DNA of 61,011 nt from Candidatus Omnitrophota bacterium (GTDB lineage Bacteria; Ratteibacteria; UBA8468; MWAK01), in the NCBI GenBank assembly GCA_043797665.1, contig JAZDPL010000011.1, positions 1 to 61,011 on the forward strand. Direction: 5' to 3'. The position numbers and the translations under genes are program-made. Positions 56,497 to 61,011 of the stretch are shown in pieces. The notes under the pieces are model-generated. The model did no database searches. It was given only the letters and a program-made list of their open reading frames with translations, and was not told the DNA's origin. Position 1 is the first letter of the stretch. The number at the start of each line of letters is the position of its first letter.

Positions 56497-57050
56497 TTGT
56501 TAAGAATTATCGGTTTGAATTTGGTAATCGTATCGTTAACAATCTTCACTATCGCCCGGGAAGAAATGGTGGCGCCGGTAATCGCCTCCACCTCGTTCGC
56601 CTTACTTTTCTTTCCCTTAACCAAGGACACCCCTGGTTCCAGAATAAGGTTACTAAACTTATCCTGAAACTCCTTCTCGGTGATTTTACCACCTAAACCG
56701 GGCGTCTCCACGTTCTCCAGGACCTTCAAACCGGTTGCCTTTTCCAAATCAGGGGTAACGCCGACCATCACCAGAATCACCCCGCCGTATCCGACACCGG
56801 AACCGGGCAGGCCGTAGCCCAAAATCTTTCCGTCATTACCAAAGACTTCGTAATAGGTGGTCTCCGCCTCTACCTTCTTCTCGGTAAACTTTACCGCGGC
56901 CGGAACCACAGCCAGAACCGCCTCCCGGGTGGCTTTCGTCTGCTGGTCCATAACCCGGGGTTCCACCTGGCGGTAGATTAAAGCCAGGCTTAAACTTGAG
57001 ATAAGACCGGTTACGGTCAAAACCAGAATCATCCTAACTGCGTTCTTCAT
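56493..57050 (-). CDS. rnfG: Rnf complex subunit G
   Basis: GYGG, ETPGLG, ITGATISS (FMN site). Confidence 0.93.
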   Translation of the reverse strand: MKNAVRMILVLTVTGLISSLSLALIYRQVEPRVMDQQTKATREAVLAVVPAAVKFTEKKVEAETTYYEVFGNDGKILGYGLPGSGVGYGGVILVMVGVTPDLEKATGLKVLENVETPGLGGKITEKEFQDKFSNLILEPGVSLVKGKKSKANEVEAITGATISSRAIVKIVNDTITKFKPIILNK

Positions 57051-57069
57051 CGCTTTTTACGCAACCTGA

Positions 57070-57233
57070 TGTCATTCTGAACGAAGTGAAGAATCTCTCT
57101 TTTAGACCCTTCGTTCTTCACTCAGGGTGACATGGTAGTCGCAGGCTTCAGCCTGCAAATTCCCCTTTTGCTAAAAGGGGTGGCAGACCAAAGAACCTGC
57201 CCTGAACTTGTTTCAGGGTCTGCCGGGGTATTC
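57070..57233. repeat. Composite repeat stack in the rnfD-rnfG spacer
   Basis: Family-2 pair 57070-57132; GTAGTCGCAGGCTTCAGCCTGC 57135-57156; CCCCTTT/AAAGGGG stem; GGCAGAC/GTCTGCC arms enclosing CCCTGAA/TTCAGGG. Confidence 0.8.
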
Positions 57234-58220
57234 TTATGTTCCGAAACGCCGGGGTTTCGTACCCCGGTTAATCAAAGGCGTCAACGCGTTCATGAAGAGG
57301 ATACTGTAAGCCACACCCTCCGGCATACCGCCAAAGAGCCGGACAACCATCGTTAGGATTCCGCAACCGATGCCGAATATCCAGCGACCTTTCTTACTGA
57401 GCGGCGTGGTTACCGGGTCGGTCGCCATAAACAAAGCGCCTAACATCAGACCGCCGGCCAGAAGATGGAATAAAGGCGTGGCAAACCGGGCCGGGTTAAC
57501 CAGATGAAAAATATTGGAAAAGAGGAAGACGGTCAAAATATAACCGACCGGAATCCGCCAGTCCGCATAACTTCTCACGATAATATAGATACCGCCCAGA
57601 ATCAACAACAGGGCTGAGGTCTCACCCAAAGACCCTGCGGTAGTACCAAAAAATAGCGAGCGGTAAGAAGCAAAAATATGGCTGAACTTGGCTGCGCCTA
57701 AAGGTGTTGCGGTAGTAATTGCGTCAAGTGCGGGTGCAGACCAGGTAGTCATCTGGTTGGGAAAGGTGGCGGAGAGGAAAGCCCGGCCTAAAAGCGCCGG
57801 ATTGAAAATATTGAAACCCAGACCGCCGAAGAAAACCTTGCCGACCACGATACCAAAAACCGCACCCAGACCACCCATCCAGAGCGGAAAAGAGGGTGGT
57901 AAACAGGCCGCCAGAAGAATACCGGTCAATAAGGCGCTCTTATCATTTATCGTAACCTTAATTCTGCGCACTTTCTGACTCACCAGCTCGGCCATCACCG
58001 CAGAAAACCCGCACGTGAGGTAAAGATATAAGGCGTGCCGGCCAAAGAGGTAGACGGAAAAGGCGACCGCAGGCAGAAGCGCCAGGAGAACGCCGGTCAT
58101 CATCTTCTCGGTCGAAAGGCTGGTACCCACCTGCGGACCGACGCTGACGATAAACTTTGGGGCTGCCTTTACACCTTCTTCTTTGCCTGTAATAACTTGG
58201 CTTTCGCTAATTTGACCCAT
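57234..58220 (-). CDS. rnfD: Rnf complex subunit D (start uncertain)
   Basis: FGGLGFNIFNPA, ITTATPL (FMN site), GSLGETS, FMATDPVT. Confidence 0.92.
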   Translation of the reverse strand: MGQISESQVITGKEEGVKAAPKFIVSVGPQVGTSLSTEKMMTGVLLALLPAVAFSVYLFGRHALYLYLTCGFSAVMAELVSQKVRRIKVTINDKSALLTGILLAACLPPSFPLWMGGLGAVFGIVVGKVFFGGLGFNIFNPALLGRAFLSATFPNQMTTWSAPALDAITTATPLGAAKFSHIFASYRSLFFGTTAGSLGETSALLLILGGIYIIVRSYADWRIPVGYILTVFLFSNIFHLVNPARFATPLFHLLAGGLMLGALFMATDPVTTPLSKKGRWIFGIGCGILTMVVRLFGGMPEGVAYSILFMNALTPLINRGTKPRRFGT

Positions 58221-59512
58221 TGGATAATCGGCCTGCGGGCCGGACAGATATAGGTGCAGGCACCGCACTCAATACAATCCAGAACGCCTGCCGGCTCACA
58301 CTCCTGATAAAACCCCTTTTCCGCGTACAGACCATAAAAGTATGGTAACAGATATAACGGACAGATATCAACGCACCGGCCACATTTCAGGCAGGGACCG
58401 TATTCAAAATTCCGCAATTCCTTCCGGGAAAAAACCGTAATCCCGGAGGTTCCCTTTATTACCGGGAAGTCCAGGGAAGGAAGGGGAAGACCCATCATCG
58501 GTCCGCCCATCACCACCGCCACCTCATTTTCGGTCAATCCCCCGCAGTATTCAATAATATCTCTGGCAGAGGTGCCTATCCGGACCAGAAGGTTGGCGGG
58601 TTTTCCGACCTTGCCGCTTACGGTGATAACCCTCTCGTAAAGCGGCTTACCGTCAACGACCGCCTCCTTTACCGCCAGGGCGGTACCCACATTGGAAACG
58701 AGCACGCCCACGTCCATCGGGAGCCCGACGGAAGGAACCTCCCGGTGCAAAAGAGTCCAGATCAAACTCTTCTCCGCACCCTGCGGATACTTGGTCTCCA
58801 CAGAAAAGACCTGCATATCCAATCCTTCCCAGGAACCGGGCACGATGATATTATTCAAAGCGATAAAAGCATCAGTTTTATTATCCTCAACGCCAAAATA
58901 GACCCGGTTCACTTTAAGAATTCTGGCGATGATAACCGCACCTTCCACCATCTCCCTGGTTCTTTCTAACATTACCCGGTGGTCGGCGGAAAGGCAGGGC
59001 TCACATTCGCATCCGTTGATAATTAACGTATCGACCGGCTTGGTCGGAGAAAATTTCACCTCGCTGGGAAAAGCCGCTCCGCCCAGACCCACCAAACCGG
59101 CATCACCGACCCGGTCCCTCAGGACCTCAGGCGAAACGGGATGCCAGTCCATAGGCGGCAGAAAACTAAATCCCTCTTTTTCCGAGGTCTCAATAACCAG
59201 GGTCTCCACCCGGTTACCCGAAGGATGGAGCCTGGGTTCTATCGCAGACACCTTTCCGGTAACCGAACTGTGGACGTTGGCGGAAATAAAGCCGGTCTTC
59301 TCTCCGAGTTTCTGACCGGTAACGACCAGCTCCCCTGGTTTTACTATGGCAACAGCCGCCGCTCCGGTATGCTGGGATAAGGGAATGGTTACCTGACCGG
59401 GGACCGGCATTCTTTCAATCGGGAAGGCTGCGGTCTCCTTCCGTTCCGGAGGGTGTACCCCACCGGTAAAGGTTAGGGTCCCCTTTAATACTCTTTTGCG
59501 GAAATTTTGCAT
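58169..59512 (-). CDS. rnfC: Rnf complex subunit C
   Basis: GGVHP, GLGGAAFP, NGCECEP, KYPQG, GGPMMG, two 4Fe-4S motifs. Confidence 0.95.
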   Translation of the reverse strand: MQNFRKRVLKGTLTFTGGVHPPERKETAAFPIERMPVPGQVTIPLSQHTGAAAVAIVKPGELVVTGQKLGEKTGFISANVHSSVTGKVSAIEPRLHPSGNRVETLVIETSEKEGFSFLPPMDWHPVSPEVLRDRVGDAGLVGLGGAAFPSEVKFSPTKPVDTLIINGCECEPCLSADHRVMLERTREMVEGAVIIARILKVNRVYFGVEDNKTDAFIALNNIIVPGSWEGLDMQVFSVETKYPQGAEKSLIWTLLHREVPSVGLPMDVGVLVSNVGTALAVKEAVVDGKPLYERVITVSGKVGKPANLLVRIGTSARDIIEYCGGLTENEVAVVMGGPMMGLPLPSLDFPVIKGTSGITVFSRKELRNFEYGPCLKCGRCVDICPLYLLPYFYGLYAEKGFYQECEPAGVLDCIECGACTYICPARRPIIQWVKLAKAKLLQAKKKV

Positions 59513-60981
59513 ATCTTTTCCATCCGGTCAGCTGCTTCCAGCCAGGCATCCCTGTCTTTCGGACGATGTGTAGTAAGGGAGAAGGAATTTCGGACAATCT
59601 CCCGGCCCTCGGCTAACGAAGCAAGTTCACGGGTTGCCAGAGCCTGAGTTAGAATATTTCCGGCCGCGGTCGCTTCCACCGGACCGGCCACCACCGGAAG
59701 ACCAATCGCATCGGCGGCAAACTGATTCAGGAGGCGGTTCTGGGAACCTCCGCCCATAATGTAAAGAACCTCCACCTTCTCTTTGTCCGGAAAGAGCCGG
59801 TTGATATTCTGAATGACCTGATTATAGCGCAAGGCTAAACTTTCCAGAATTACCCGGACAAACTCCGCTTTAGCCTTCGGCGCTTTCTGGTTTGTCTTCT
59901 GACAGAATCCGACAATTGCCTGCTCCATATCCTCCGGCGCCAGGAAAGAAGGGTCATCCGGATTAACAATTGCCAGGAACGGTTGAGCAGACTCAGCCAT
60001 CTCCACCAGCGTTCCGTACTCTATCTTTTCCCCGCTTTCTTTCAGCCACTTCTGCCGGCACTGCTGCAAGAGCCACAAACCGGTAATATTGTGAAGGAAC
60101 CGAATCGTTTTTGCCACTCCGCCTTCATTAGTAAAACCGGCATCCATCGCCGGCTTACTTATCAACGGTTCCGGTAACTCCACGCCCAGAAGCGACCAGG
60201 TACCGGAAGACAAGTAGGCGAACCTCTCGCCTTTCCGGGCCGGACAGGCAGCCACTGCGGCTGCGGTATCATGGCTGGCGCCGGCGATTACCGGAATAGC
60301 CGGCAAGCCAGCCTCGTCAGCCACTTTTTTCCGCAGATTGCCAAGCACCGTAGCCGGCGGAACGATTCCCGGCATAATCCCCAACGGAATATTTAAATTT
60401 CCAAAAAGAGGTCTTGCCCAGGTGCCGGAAACCGGATTGTATAACTGGGTGGTGGTTGCCAGGGTAAATTCCTGCGCTTTTTCACCGGAAAGAAAAAAAT
60501 GGAAGAGGTCGGCCATCAGCAAAAGGGTTTTACTTACGGAAAAAAGTTGTGAACCAGCCAGAACCATTGAATATAACTGATAAACAGTATTGACTTGCAT
60601 AAATTGGATACCGGTCTCCTGATATATTCCGTAAGGGGGAACCTTTCGGAAAGCCTTCTCCATCACTCCGTCGGTCCGGTGGTCCCGGTAGTGGAACGGA
60701 TTGGAGACCAGGCTGTCGGCAGAGTCCAGAAGTCCAAAATCACAACCCCAGGAATCGCAGGAAACCCCGGCCAGTTCCTCGCCGAACTTCTGCCGGTACA
60801 GGGAAAGGCCGTTTTTCATCTCGGAGAACTGGTAGAGGATGTCCCAGTGGAGACCGTCCGGAAGGAGAACCGCCTGGTTGGTAAAACGGTGCAGAACCTC
60901 TAACTTCAGCCGGTCTTTTGTCAAACTGCCCACAATCGCCCGGCCGCTCTCTGCGCCCAAATCAAACGCTAAATAATTCAT
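59485..60981 (-). CDS. rhaB: Rhamnulokinase / FGGY sugar kinase
   Basis: DLGAESGR, DSWG, YRDHRT, TGIQFM, HDTA, SSGTWSLLG, FTNEGG, GPVEAT. Confidence 0.88.
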   Translation of the reverse strand: MNYLAFDLGAESGRAIVGSLTKDRLKLEVLHRFTNQAVLLPDGLHWDILYQFSEMKNGLSLYRQKFGEELAGVSCDSWGCDFGLLDSADSLVSNPFHYRDHRTDGVMEKAFRKVPPYGIYQETGIQFMQVNTVYQLYSMVLAGSQLFSVSKTLLLMADLFHFFLSGEKAQEFTLATTTQLYNPVSGTWARPLFGNLNIPLGIMPGIVPPATVLGNLRKKVADEAGLPAIPVIAGASHDTAAAVAACPARKGERFAYLSSGTWSLLGVELPEPLISKPAMDAGFTNEGGVAKTIRFLHNITGLWLLQQCRQKWLKESGEKIEYGTLVEMAESAQPFLAIVNPDDPSFLAPEDMEQAIVGFCQKTNQKAPKAKAEFVRVILESLALRYNQVIQNINRLFPDKEKVEVLYIMGGGSQNRLLNQFAADAIGLPVVAGPVEATAAGNILTQALATRELASLAEGREIVRNSFSLTTHRPKDRDAWLEAADRMEKICKISAKEY

Positions 60982-60997
60982 AAAAGCAAAACGTTAT

Positions 60998-61006
60998 ATT
61001 ATACCA
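60998..61006 (-). promoter_or_regulatory. Extended -10 element TGGTATAAT upstream of rhaB
   Basis: ATTATACCA on the + strand. Confidence 0.5.
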
Positions 61007-61011
61007 TAAAA

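Noticed and set aside
281..57233. Dispersed palindromes as a CRISPR array
   Set aside because: Not regularly spaced with unique spacers, and no cas genes in the window

Overview
Bacterial chromosomal window, probably from an anaerobic PVC-affiliated lineage (inferred from DUF1559-type prepilins, Rnf and kdsB; not verified). The backbone is mostly minus-strand housekeeping genes: a partial dcw cluster (rsmH-ftsL-ftsI-murE-[glycerate kinase]-murF), rnpB, rnhA, glgB/glgC/galT-like, gatA, trmD, rpsP, murA-prmC-prfA-rpmE, pckG, pyrG-kdsB-aroK-aroC, a two-component pair, rsmI, apgM and rhaB-rnfCDGEAB. Three toxin-antitoxin-like modules are present, one with a collapsed PIN pseudogene. Two things stand out. 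(1) Two AT-richer plus-strand islands (~19.1-27.0 kb and ~45.5-54.4 kb) share one architecture: GntR-LacI regulator, type-IV-prepilin-like H-X9-DG (DUF1559-type) protein, large secreted carbohydrate-binding/putative glycosidase, and a transporter or cytoplasmic enzymes. They look like pilin-associated glycan-utilisation loci. (2) The backbone is saturated with at least five families of short palindromic repeats plus MITE-like elements. These fill most intergenic gaps, supply stop codons, C-termini and a probable start, and sit in-frame inside murF, rnhA, ftsL and prmC and inside RNase P RNA. Start codons were adjusted by eye. Family assignments come from motif recognition, not database searches.
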